Shown here in pieces: positions 1 to 12,270 of a DNA stretch of 64,000 nucleotides; position 1 is the stretch's first letter; every line of letters begins with the position of its first letter. A model generated the notes under the pieces. The model saw only the letters and a program-made list of their open reading frames with translations. It ran no database searches and was not told where the DNA came from. A program made the translations under genes and the position numbers. The DNA is from Saccostrea cucullata (lineage: Eukaryota): contig NW_026939914.1 in assembly GCF_032062105.1 (NCBI RefSeq), positions 1-64,000 of the forward strand, written 5' to 3'.

Positions 1-584
1 TACAAAAACCAAAATAAAACATGTCATAGCTAGGTAGATATCTTTTAAAATAAAATTTCCCATATTTTTTGTCCAATTTTTTAAAATATATTCCATGTAA
101 TACAACTTGAGTATATATTTTTTTTCATTTTTGAAACATGAAATTCCTAAAATTTTAATTTTTTTCCCCAAAATCAAAAAAAACCTTTATGGGTGCAAAA
201 AAATAGGGTAGGTCGGGTAGCAGGAAACAAGACTTTTTTTTATTTTGGCCTTAGGATAGCATAAAAAAAGAACGTACAAATGTTAATAATTGATTTATCA
301 AAAAAAAATTTTATTTCCTTCTACTTTAGGATTTTTTTATTCTCATGTTCATAACTAAACCTAAACATAAAAAAATGCTGGCCTTATAATGAAGAAAGGG
401 GCCTCTTTCAAAATAGATAATTTCAGGGCCACTGGTAAGCCGGGGGATTTACTAAAAATAAATTAATGCTTTGAAATCTGCCCTTTGATAAGCAATGGTG
501 CCTCTTTCAAAATTTGTGAATTTCACGGCTTTTGGCTTAAAACACGAACCAAATACAATCGCTGGAAAGTTGTAAATGATACTC

Positions 585-615
585 AGGTGACCTATAAGGC
601 CCGTGGGCCTCTTTT
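585..615 (+). repeat. 3' end (CAGGTGA + GC hairpin + T run) of a non-autonomous Helitron/Helentron-type element
   Basis: CAGGTGACCTATAAGGCCCGTGGGCCTCTTTTT resembles the 3' hairpin end of oyster HINE-like elements; the family match is from recall. Confidence 0.4.
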
Positions 616-617
616 TT

Positions 618-838
618 ATTTATAAAAAGAGGGTTGCCTATCAATGTCTTTTGTATGTGATGGCTCCAGTTTGTTTTTCTCAATCTTCCCAATATCCAAT
701 AAGGTTTGGGGAAATTTTATTTATTTATTAAAAAAAGGGTTGCCATCACTGCTTATGTATGTGACGGCTCCAGTTTGTTTTTTTTTAATCTTCCCAATAT
801 CCAATGAAGGTTGGGAAGATCTTTTTATTTATTTATAA
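618..838. repeat. Local tandem duplication, ~105-bp unit
   Basis: GGGTTGCC..TATGTGA.GGCTCCAGTTTGTTTTT..AATCTTCCCAATATCCAAT occurs twice. Confidence 0.8.
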
Positions 839-1098
839 AGAATGGTTCCCTTTGAATGTCACAAATGTTGAATTTTATCATGACCATGATGAACTGACCT
901 GTTCAACCTGACACTTATAATATGATAATAGGTTGGCAACATGCATTGTGAAGAGTTCAATTACAAATATAAAGATGAAAAATTTAAGCTGTTTGCTCCT
1001 AGGTACCATGTGTTTATAGCTGAGTGGCAAACAATTATTAATTCTATTATATTATCACCTATGGCAATTACAACTGCTTGGACTTATTGTAGAATAAA

Positions 1099-3720
1099 AT
1101 GCCACCAAAAAAGAGGAAAATGTGGGGGCCAAAAGCACCAGGAAGATGAGGTAACGTTGTCAACCTGCTCAACTGCACCCTGTGGATTCAACTTTGGGCA
1201 ACTCGGTTGATGCCAATTTATCATCGACTCAAGTGGCTGCTCCAAAATATCAGCTGGCAGCAGCAAATCTTAGACAACAGCAACAGGCATTGACTTCCAG
1301 CAATGCTTCTCAAACAATATCGCACCAAAGGCTGCACCACTGCACCACAACTTCTATTACCTCGTCTAGTGATTCAAATAGTTCCAATTTAGACACCCTA
1401 TAATAGTTGCATTGTTTTTCAGGTGATTTGGTGGCAAATACATTTAACAGTAACAACAAATGTTTACTTCTAAATTTCAAAGAGGAAAATATTTCATTTC
1501 AGATAAAAAATAATGTTATTCAATTAAATCTTAGTCAACTAGTATTAATTGTAATGGAGACCATTACAGATGTTCCCTAAATTCTCCCCCAAGTCCCTGC
1601 AGTTTTCATTAAATAAGGCAATCCAGTATATTAGTCATTTTAGGGTTTACACACGCGCGCAAGTACATGCATATACATAATGACCATGTCAAATTGTTTA
1701 CATTTTTAATGCATTTCCTTTTAAAAGCAATTTATCAGAAATATCTAAAATTGGCTATATTAAATATATTTGTCAATTTACACAGTTCGTGTCCTTGCAC
1801 GTACATGCATGTGCAGATTGACCATGTCATCTTGTGAACACTTTTAACAGTGTTATTATTATATTCTGATTTTTAAATCATTTCATTTTCAAAAACACAC
1901 ACACATATGGGGTTGTGCAATGTGATGTAAATAAAAATGATTACAGTAAATCAAGAAATATGGGAAAGGGCATTTGGCTAAGCTAGACATAGGAGATGGT
2001 TTTAGAAACATCCCAATGCCCCTTTCAGACTATCATTGAACAATCAGTATTATTTGATAAATGTTACCAATGGGTGCTAGTTCATTTTGTCAGTTGTTTG
2101 AGTTTTTAAGCACGTCCTTGCAATGGTTTATGTTTAATTAATATCAGGCCACTATCTCAAAAATGTGTCTCTGATGCTAGAAACTTTAAAAGTTTATGTT
2201 TGAGAGTATGATTTTCCTCTAAAAAATCAAAAACTGTCTTGCTGACAACTTGTTTGACTATATATGGAATTGAAGTAGATTCTATTACAAAGGGAAAAGT
2301 AGATTACCTGAAGACATATTCATAGATGTTAAAAATTTGCCTGTAATGGTCACACCTGGTCGTGCATTTTTTGAACTCCTAATAGATTTGACTGAAATGT
2401 ATGTCCAAACCAAACCATTACATAAAATCAACTGCTAAGGAGTATGCTGATATTAAAGCAAGGTAGCTTTTTAAAGAGCATTTTTGTGGCAAGTCAATAT
2501 TTCATCAGGATTAGTGGTATTCATTTATATACAGATGCATCAGGTGTTTTGGGTTTTATGAAGCTGTAATGTTTCAAAATGGTCTGCTAAATCTTAGTTA
2601 GATAGAGTTTTCCAATCATTTTGCTAGGCCCCGTGGGGATCCGGGTTAGAATAGGTCCTCGGTCCCCCCTTTGCTTGTCGAAAAAGGGACTAAATGGGGT
2701 GGTCTTTCGGATAGACCTAAAACCAGGCCCGTGTCACAGCAGGTGTGGCACGTAAAATCCCTCCCTGCTCAAAGGCCCTGAGTGCCGAGCATAGGCCTAA
2801 ATTTGCAGCCCTTCACCGGAAATGGTGACGTCTCCATATCAGTGAAATATTCTGGAGAGGGATGTTAAACAGTGTACAATCAATCAATCAATAAATCTTT
2901 TTGTTAGTAAAATTTGGGTACCATATTTCAGCTATCAAAAATTCTCCTTTTCGCTGATGATATAGCAGTTATACCTTCGAAGTAATAAAATTGCAAGTTA
3001 TTTAGGATTTATTTACACAGGGTTTTTAAACCATCCAAGGTTAATCCACATATTTCGGCCATAAGTTACGTTCTTAAACATTTTATCTACATGTATATGA
3101 CCTTAAATACTCCTTTATGGTGAGGAAAGTTGTAAAAAATAGAACCTAGCAAGAACTACTGACACAAGCCTTCTAATCACAAACCCATTCTTAACGAATT
3201 AGTATCTGACTTATATCACACTCTCCAAAAGCAGACACAAGAACCATACTATCAGCAGTCTTCCTTCTTGCCTTGAACGCTTTTATGAGCTTAGAACTCG
3301 TTCCTAGAAACAAAACATTCAACATTCAAAGACAAGCCATAATGTTCTATGATGATAATTCAGTTTAGATCACACTGAGGTATTCCAAACTATGAATGAT
3401 AGGCATCCAGTAAACTTACTCTAACAGCCAATAATTTAAATTGCCAATTTTGTCCAGTTCATGCCTTAAAAGCATACATTACTCGGCATAAACACACATC
3501 TAGTCCTTTATTCAACTTCAAATCTGATGAACCAGTTACTCACAGTTTTGTGTCATCCGAATTGAAACATGCAATAAGTTTTACCGATCATTTTACTTTG
3601 GTCATAGTTTTAGCGTTTGTACTGCTAGTGGCAGCTAACAATGGTTTATCTGAAAATGATCGGTCGTTGGCACGCAAATGCAGGTAGACATAACATTGAA
3701 ATAAATGCCTTCAGGTCTTA
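1099..3720 (+). mobile_element. Decayed tyrosine-recombinase (DIRS/Ngaro-type) retrotransposon with gag start, RT, RNase H and YR remnants
   Basis: Frameshifted remnants: MPPKRGK start (1099); AKLDIGDGFRNIP and LPMGASSFCQLFEFLSTSLQW (RT, ~1975-2130); TCLTIYGIEVDS; VTPGRAF; HLYTDASGVLGF (RNase H, ~2522); FLLALNAFMSL and GHSFS...GRW (YR, ~3260-3700). Confidence 0.8.
2628..2893 (+). mobile_element. Deu/Nin-domain SINE with non-tRNA structured head and (CAAT)n tail
   Basis: Near-identical to 22577-22851. Core GGTCTTTCGGAT..AAACC.GG..CGTGTC..AGGTGTGGCACG. Imperfect ~14-bp TSD AATCATTTTGCTAG / AATCTTTTTGTTAG. Inserted in the RNase H region of the decayed YR element. Confidence 0.85.
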
Positions 3721-3794
3721 AATTCCACACTTGTTATTAAAAATTCCTAACTAAATGTTCTCCTTATACATGTACACTGCCACCGACTATCGAA

Positions 3795-4890
3795 AGAGAG
3801 AAGTCGCAAATGGCTGTTTTTTACAGAATTTAATTAGAATATTATAAAACTTTTACATACATTTCAGTAATTAAACGTATAAATCAAGTCTATGAGGTCA
3901 GCAAATGGTTGCTTCGATAAATTGTGAAATTTTAAAAGCATCACATCAAAAAGAAATTAATTTCCACACTTGTTGTTAAGAATTTCAAACTAAATGTTCC
4001 CCTTATAAATGTACGGACACCGACTATGAAAGAGAGAAGTCAGCAAATTTTTTTCTCCATAATTTAATTAGGATCTGATAAACTGTTTACACCCATTTCA
4101 GTAATTAAATGTTAAAACAAATTTATGAGGTCAGCAAATGGTTGCTTAGATACAAAATTTTAAAAGCATCACATCAATATGAAACAACAAATTTGAACCT
4201 TTCCCAGGCCAGTATATAGCTGTTAAAATAAAACAGTAATTCGGTCAGTGATCTTGCAAAGTATTCGATTTGAAAATTAAGTGCTAGCTCGTTCATTAGA
4301 TGAACATTTTACTCTCCACATTGCCCTTAAATTTGCGAGCTAATATACTTGAGGACAGCATACAGATGCTCATAAAATCTACACTGTATTATTGGACAGT
4401 TGAAACTCAGCTTTAAGTTTGGTCTTGAGAATTGTGTATCTGGTCAGCATATGTCTGTTTACAAAATTGTATCATTGTCATGACTTAGAAGTTCAAAAAT
4501 TTGTGTATGACTCAGCGTACAGCTGCTTATAAAAACTGGATATTAGTTGGAGCTCACAGGAATTTGTGTAAGGCAGCGTATGGATGTTCATAAAAATAAA
4601 TTGTAGTTATGAGCTCATGATACTAAGGTTTGTTCCTAAGTATTGTTTATGAGGCAGCATATGGCCCCTTCTTTATTCTCGTTAAATGTAAGTTACTCAC
4701 AGGTTTAGTAACCTTTGCCCTTTATATTTTGTTACTTATTCAGATATATCTCTGTGTCTACGTGGGGTTTTTAATGTTTGTGCTTATTAAGTCAGTACAG
4801 GTACATATTATTCAGTACACAATGTTAGTATCTGTTAAAAAACATGTTTTGCTACAATTAAAATTGAGCAGCATATAATTCACAAAATGC
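3795..4890 (+). ncRNA. Degenerate array of ~10 bulged pentaloop hairpins downstream of the decayed YR gene (consensus TATGAG-[G/GT]-CAGC-N5-GCTG-CTYATA)
   Basis: Units near 3800, 3891, 4036, 4124, 4205, 4350, 4438, 4505, 4568, 4648 and 4865, e.g. GTATGA-CT-CAGC-GTACA-GCTG-CTTATA. Includes a ~240-bp tandem duplication (3720-4180). Confidence 0.5.
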
Positions 4891-4919
4891 CTTTCCTTGG
4901 GTGGCCTGCATGCGTCATG

Positions 4920-7900
4920 CAAGCATTTAGCATGCTGTGTGGCCTCTTTGTTTTCGCCACCTTCTTGTTACACAAACTTAGTAATCATTATATAACAATA
5001 GCTAGGATAAGCACTAAGTGCAATATATCATATCTAAGTTAAACTTCATTATTTGGCCTTATCCCAGCTATAATTTACATGATTGTATGTAATATTGTAT
5101 ATTTATGTGTTCTTGTTCACTTTTGTCATTTATCTGGTCAATAAATGACATTTTCACTCAACTCAAGTTCTCATGTCTTCTTTAGTGTTTAAGCAACAAG
5201 AACAAGCTACGGAAAGGCTTTTCATGTTATGAGATTTACTTTTATTAGTGGAAAAGTTGTGGATATGAATAAAATTTTATGTTTCATAAAATGTTTTATA
5301 TACAATCTTTTTTTTCATTGTTTTTAAATATTTAAATTAAAATTGCAGTTGTTATTGATTTTTACGTATTAAGAAAGGGGGGACTAAAGGGGATCAACTC
5401 ATATTTGGATCGAGTTCGGCTTGATCGGGATGGGGTCTAATTAATTTAATTTTGCAGAAACACGAGGTGAAGTCAATTTACCCCACCTCCCTCCCCCTCC
5501 CATTTAATATCAATATTTGAAATGGAAATTATTGATTGTTGAATTTTTGTTGTATAGATTTTTTCCCCATTGTATAAATCAAGCATTTAGCATGCCGGTG
5601 GCCTCTTTGTTTACGCCACCTTCTTGTTACACAAACTGGCTAATGGTACTTTGCGGAACGAAACGGAACCAGTTGTGGGGCACCCTAGGGGGCGGGGGAT
5701 TAAAAATGAATATATTATATATAACAAAAATAAATGTAATGCATTACTTTATTAAAAATTATTCTGCCATTGTATATCTTAAGAAACCAACCCAAAAACG
5801 TGTCAAGTTTCTGAAGTAGAGGACCATAAAATAAATTGTCTATAGCTTATAAATCATTCTGTCGTTGAGTTTTTGATCTGCTGTGTCATCTGTAGTGACT
5901 ATGTGAATTGTATTGAATGAGAGACGTGCACCTATCATTGATGTAAAAAGAGAAAAATCCAGAAATAACCTAAATCTGCCGGAGTATTCAACAGGCAATT
6001 TTAAAGCTTTCATAAATCCTGGGTATATCTGAATATTTCAAAATTAGTTTACCTGATAGAACAAGTCATTTTTAATTAAAGAAAAATATGGCATTAATGT
6101 AACAACATAATTCTTCATATATTTATACGAAGCCCTCGGGGATGTGAGTTTTTCTAACTGAATCGTCTCATATTTCCCTCACTATCATGCAATAAATGTA
6201 TATTGTCTAATTTCCCCATGCCCGTTTGTACCGATCCCATAATTGTGATAAATTTTGCCTGGTCCTTAAATCTGCCGGAGTATTCAACAGGCAATTTTTA
6301 AGCTTTCACAAATCCTAGGTAAATTTGAATATTCCAAAATTAGTTTACCTGATAGAACAAGTCATTTTTAATTAAAAAAAATTTGGCATTCATGTAACAA
6401 CTTTAATTCTTCATATATTTATACGAAGCCCTCGGGGGAATATGATTTTTCTTGGCTGAACAAGTCTTCATATTTCCCTCACTATCATGCAATAAATGTA
6501 TATTGTACCTGTCCATGCCCGTGTACCAATCCATAATTGTGATAAATTCTTCATATATTTATTTCATTGTGTTTCAATTTTGATGATATTCGTTTAGTTT
6601 CGCTGAATACTAATTTGTATAAAATTTTATACAAATGCTATTTTGCCACAATAGAAATTACGGCGAGATCCGTGATGAAATGCGGGACCGTGATTACCGC
6701 CGAAACACACTGCTGTAAAAACAAATATGTCAATAAGTAATAACTTATTCAAAACGATGTCAAAATCAAAGAGAAATAAGAAAATTACAGCACTGTGTCG
6801 GGTCCTATAAATTTAGAATTTAATGGCTGATGGGTGTTGCCTATATGCACACACAGTACCTTGTTCCGTTCCGTTCCGCTAAATACCAATATCCACACGG
6901 GTATTGGTATTTAGCGAACGAAACGGAACCAGGGAATAACTATACTGGCAAAGCGCAACAACTCTCTTTACATTTAGACTGCACGATATTCTTTTTATAA
7001 TTATCTTTAATAAATATTTACATCAATGATAGGTGTACAGTGTACGTCTCTCATTCAATGAAGTTCACATAGTCAGTCACTACAGAAATTAGTATTCAGC
7101 GGAACTAAACGAATCTCATCAAAATTGAAACACAATAACAAAAAATATATGAAAAATTATGTTGTTACATGAATGTCATATTTTTCTTTATAATTAAAAA
7201 TGACTAGTTCTATCAGGTAAACTAATTTTGAAATATTCAGATATACCCAGGATTTATGAAAGCTTTAAAATTGCCTGTTGAATACTCCGGCAGATTTAGG
7301 TTATTTCTGGCTTTTTCTCTTCAAATGAAAAGATGTGGTTCCGTTTGTAGTACCGATACCCGTGTGGATATTGGTAATTTGCGGAACGGAACGGAACAAG
7401 ATTTGATCATTTCGTTTCTTTCCTCTTCTTTTCAAATATAAATGGTGTTTAATTTACTTACAGAAAATGAAAACTTAACAAAACTTTTTGTTTGATTGTT
7501 TGTAAAGAAAACAAGAATTTTTAGGACTGTCGTTAAATTAATTTTCTTGCTGAGCATGATTTATAAATTCAAATATTTACAAGGCACAAAACTTATCTCA
7601 CGTCGTTCATTAACAGGATTTTAAAACCCTTAATATTATAGTTCCGTTCCGTTTAGCAAAGTACTAATAATTTAGTGGATATTGGTATTTTGCGAAAAGG
7701 AACGGAACCCGTTGTGTGTGTTTCCTTTCTTATTAACGCAGAACTGAATGTTTTAAGATATCAATCAAGATTCAGGTAGTTAACATACTTCTTAGTATAC
7801 AGCAAATTGCAAATTACGCGTTTTAAAGTATAATTTTACATGATAATGTTATAATTATTTTGCATATCGATCTAGTTGAAGATAGAGAGATGGTTTTTAC

Positions 7901-8970
7901 GTTCTCTTATCTACATCAAGGCCTGCAATTGTATATGTATATATAATACATGTATAACTGATATAAAGACTAGACTTTTGAAGAAGTTTGAAAGGTAAGA
8001 AAAGTATGCTTTATTATGTTGGATATATGATGCATGAATTACTTTCCTCCTCAAACATCCTTGTCCCTGACTTTAATTTTTAATGATTAAAAAGATGAGA
8101 TGAAATGAATAACAACAAATACTTGTGTGTAGTCTATTGAACTTAACTGTAGTGTTACGTTCCGTTGAGCTAAAATGCTAATACCCACACCGGATATTGG
8201 TATTTCACAAATAGAAACGGAACCAGAGAATGACCATACTGGCAAAGCAGACAACTCTCTTGTTACATTTAGACTGCACGTGAACGATATCCTTTTTATA
8301 ATAATCTATTAGATAAACCTTTAAATAAAAGCATTAATAATTTTTTACATCAATGATAGGTGTATGTTTTCATCAGACACAATTCACATAGTCACTACAG
8401 ATGACACAGCCAGATCAAAAACTCAACAACATAATAATTTATAACTTATCTATAGACAATTTATTTTATGGGCCTCTACTTCAAACACTTGACACGTTTT
8501 TGGGTTGGTTTCTTAAGATATACAATGGCAGAATAATTTGTAATAAAGAAATGTATTATATTCATTTTTATCATATATAATATATTCATTTTTAATCCCC
8601 AACCCCCTAAGGTGCCCAACAACTGGTTCCGTTCGGTTCCGTTTCGTTCCCGCAAAGTACCATTAGCCCACAAACTTGGTACTCATTATATAACAACAGC
8701 TGGGATAAGCACTTAGTCGCAATATGTCATATCTAAGTTGAAACTATTCATTATTTGGCCTTCTCCCAGCTATAATTTACAGGGTTGTATGTAATATTGT
8801 ATATTTATGTGCTTTTGTTTCACTTTCGTCATTTATCTGGTCAATAAATGACAGTTTCATTCAACTCAAGTTCTCATTTCTTCTCTAGTGTATCAAGCAA
8901 CAAGAACAAGCTACGGAAAGGCTTTTTATATTATGAGATTTACTTTTATTAGTGGAAAAGTTGTGGATAT
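4920..8970 (+). repeat. ~350-bp direct repeat: copy 1 at 4920-5266, copy 2 at 5580-5637 + 8677-8970, split by the foldback element
   Basis: CAAGCATTTAGCATGC..GTGGCCTCTTTG...GGAAAAGTTGTGGATAT is present twice. Copy 1 shows the empty insertion site. Confidence 0.85.
5638..8668. mobile_element. Non-autonomous foldback-type DNA transposon, ~300-bp TIRs, 8-bp TSD CACAAACT
   Basis: Starts GGCTAATGGTACTTTGCGG and ends CCGCAAAGTACCATTAGCC. CACAAACT at 5630-5637 and 8669-8676. No coding capacity. Superfamily (MULE, Merlin or hAT-like) unresolved. Confidence 0.9.
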
Positions 8971-9417
8971 AAATGATTATCTTGGAAAGCTTTATAAAGT
9001 TTTAGATTACATGAGTTGTAAACTCAAGTGAAGGTTCCTCATCACCTGTTGTTTGGCATCGTCTTTCTGTTTGCATATCACTGCCATTCTGCTTGTCTAT
9101 CACTCTAACTAAAACTTTTACATATTTTTTTACCTAACACATTCAGACTTTAACAAAACCTTGACATTTGTTGAATAATTATAATTTAACAACTAAATAC
9201 ACATGCCCGGACACTTGCAAGGAGAAATGGTTGAATCACTAGAACAAAAATTCAAACTATTTTGAAAAAATCCTTGGAAAATGTAGATTGATCTTAATCT
9301 TTCAAACATTCAAAAACATTTTGTTATCACTTCAAATTATGTTCACTGGAGTTGAGATCCAAATGACATTTTGTTTGTTTTATTAGAATGTTTATTAGAC
9401 TAAACAACATATTTTAG

Positions 9418-9629
9418 ATTTCTGCCACTGACGACGATGTTGGAAGAAGTGGGGCGATAGTATTTGACATTCAAAGCGTTTCCAACAATGGCATCGAAAA
9501 GTTTAAGCTAGCTCACATTCAAAAAGATGGGATGATTGCCATTTTGTGTATCAGTAATATATCTAGAGGTGAAACCTATGTAATAATGCTCCGTGCCTCG
9601 GACTTAGCTCTACCCATATATAGTAGAAG
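9418..9629 (+). CDS. Internal exon encoding part of a cadherin repeat (protocadherin/Fat-like gene)
   Basis: ttttag| ... |gtcagt splice sites. Open frame ISATDDDVGRSGAIVFDIQSVSNNGIEKFKL...GETYVIMLRASDLALP carries the cadherin A-T-D-x-D-x-G and Y-x-x-x-x-x-A-x-D-x-x-x-P motifs. Not in the ORF track because it has no start codon. Confidence 0.75.
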
Positions 9630-10511
9630 GTCAGTATTAATTAGATAACATACGAGTTCAGTTATGCACACTGTAAATAATGTGACAATTTTAGACATTA
9701 TGACTGATTGATTGAATCATTAAATGTATTTATTGATTTGTATATCGCAATATCTCTTAAAGTTTGATTTCTCTGTACAGAAAACGTATCACTCATATTT
9801 TAAAAATAAAATAAAAATCTCTTTTTTTCCATTTTTTTTTTAAAACAGAAATTCATAAAAATCTCTTTGTTTTATTTTTTCATTTACTTTCAGTGATTTA
9901 GGAGCCCTGTCATTTAAGCAATCAAGAGAATATTTATTTGGTGTACTTTGAATAACCTGTGGGTTTTCGAATTTTTCTTATGAAAATCTTACATCTGAAT
10001 ATACGTTATCTGAGATTATCACGTAAAAATTGTGAAGTTAAATGAACCAAAACATGCATATTTATTATCAAGTAGAGGCATTTTATTTATTTAAAAACCG
10101 GGCTTATGCGTTTGAAACACTTCTACTGACAGTTGATAAAATTTCCATGCTTGTGGATTGTTAATTGAAACATCAATCAATTTTTAAATTTTTTTTTTTG
10201 TTTTTTTCCCCCTGATTTTGTGTATATTTTTTTTTTTAAAATATTCTTTTGTTAATTTCTTTTAGTAACAGAATCATTATTTTGACTTTAAATTTTTGAA
10301 GAAGATTTCTCTGGACCGGAATGTTACTATCAGGATTCTGTATTGAGATATCAACACATACAATTATTGTATAATATTTCCATTTCTAATTTTTTTTTCT
10401 CTGTGGTAACTGTTTAAAAGTTTGGGGAATTTATTTCTTGAGAATTCTGCCGGAATGTAAATTAGGCAGGTCGATAGGTCAGCAGCTAACGAGGCCCAAT
10501 ACGCATGCAAA

Positions 10512-10628
10512 TGTCATGTTGTAAATTTTGAATTTACCGGGTGGCAGTAAATACAAAATTTACAAGTTGTCATGTTGTAAATTTTGTATTTACTGCCACC
10601 CGGTAAATTCAAAATTTACAACATGACA
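10512..10628. mobile_element. Palindromic MITE, TGT...ACA ends, 4-bp TSD CAAA (Ginger-like)
   Basis: Near-perfect 117-bp hairpin with CAAA on both sides. A neighbouring repeat unit (~10679-10700) shows the empty site GCATGTAAATCTCGTGCG. Second copy at 63855-63945. Confidence 0.8.
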
Positions 10629-10827
10629 CAAATCTCGTGCGCAACTGCTCTGTGACTGACGCTAAGGAGGCCAAATATGCATGTAAATCTCGTGCGGCTG
10701 CCTTTGTGTTTGACGTTAGTGTGCGAGGACTATTGAAATTGGCATGGAAGTCCTCGAGTAATTTAAATCGATTAGTCTAAATTTTTAATGTCAAACTCTA
10801 CAATTTTATTTCACAATGAAATGGAAA

Positions 10828-11000
10828 TATAAGGAATCACTGTCTAGTTTTGAGAGTATGCCAGTGACATCAACAATGTGGGGGAAACATGGGATAATTT
10901 TAGCATAACGGGCTTCGCTCGTTATCCAAATTATCCCATGTTCAGCTCTGTTGCATTAATACCCGGCATACTCTCAAAACTAGACAGTGATTCCTTAATA
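10828..11000. repeat. Long imperfect palindrome (Crypton-like non-autonomous repeat)
   Basis: TAAGGAATCACTGTCTAGTTTTGAGAGTATGCC pairs with GGCATACTCTCAAAACTAGACAGTGATTCCTTA, with an inner stem ACATGGGATAATTT/AAATTATCCCATGT. The family assignment is from recall only. Confidence 0.6.
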
Positions 11001-11739
11001 TCTTTAGTGTCTTCACCATTACAGAAGTTCTTCAGTTCCAATAGAAGTCAAAGTCGGCCCGTTTTCAGTTAATTAAAGTTAATAAAAGAAAAAGGTTCAT
11101 TCGAGCAAAATATTTGGTAAGTTTCTAGTATTAAAAACATATTTTTGCATTTTATTCCACCATGCATGTGATATATACATGCGAGAGTTGTCCATTAAGT
11201 TCTGGTACAATGACCTCTTTATCAATTTTAGAAAATACATAGACTTATTGAACTCCTCAATATAGTTCATGAATATGCATGTCAGAATAATTTTGTTTTT
11301 GTTGGTTTAATTTAATATTTTTGGCATGGCTAAAAATTAAATGTCATATATAAAGTTATGATTAAATGATGACTTTCTTTATAAAACGAGCCAAAATTTA
11401 AGATGCAGTTCACCAAATGCCTCTCAAGTAAACTACTTGCCGTCCTCTTTCTATGTCATTTAGTATCGGTAATTAATCAGAAGATAGGGGTTGATCTGTG
11501 CAGGCTTTGTATACGAAGTGTCTAAAATAATGATGCTAAAAATTAATTGCATATTATTTAAAATTGATATTAAAAGATGCTTGTAATGAGTTTGGAGTTG
11601 ATAACATCTTAGTATGTAGTTTTTGGAGATAAGGTCTTTAAATAATCTGTTGAAATTCCCATGGTAACCATGTGCGTTTGCAGACCTATTTTCATATTAA
11701 TATGACGTACAACTTATTAATAAACTAAACGTCTACACG

Positions 11740-12270
11740 TGAAGATCAAAAAGTGTTTGGGTCTTCCACTCGACATTTAGTTATATAGTTGTATCAATTA
11801 CAAATACATGTTACTTTAATTTATATGTAGACTCAATATATCCAATTGAACTCGTAATGAAAGGTTATACCAAAGAGTCTGACACACTCATTTCATGTTT
11901 GGATATTTTATTAGCAAAAGACGATAATGGTATTTTCACAACCAAACTTTATGAGAAACGTGATAACTTCAATTTTTCAATCGTCAACTAACCTTACTTG
12001 TGTCGCAATTATCCCTGCATATGGAGTGTATGTCTCTCATTTGATTCGATAAAGAAAAAGCATGCTCTACGTTTGAATAATTTCTAAAAAAGAGGAAGTA
12101 CTATTGACTAATAATCGGCTGATGAAACAAGGATATTAATAGTCTCGTTTGAAATCATCATTTCGCAAGGTTTTTGGTCGATACGATGACCCTGTCAGCA
12201 AATATAAATGTTTGGCCGTCATTTATAAACTCAACTGTCTACGTTTATCCATGATTTATATAAAAAGAAA
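11740..12270 (+). mobile_element. Decayed Penelope-like RT fragment
   Basis: Remnant peptides IYPIEL, LDILL, TTKLYEKRDNFNFSIVN, PAYGVYVSHLIR and SRLKSSFRKVFGRYDD. Confidence 0.7.

Noticed and set aside
180-253. DNA transposon terminus (GGGTAGGTCGGG...TTTTGGCCTTA)
   Set aside because: It looks like a TIR end, but its partner is outside the window, so it cannot be confirmed.
4920-5637. Ngaro-type split direct repeats for the decayed YR element
   Set aside because: The repeat is real, but I found no matching copy at the element's 5' end, so it is reported only as a direct repeat.
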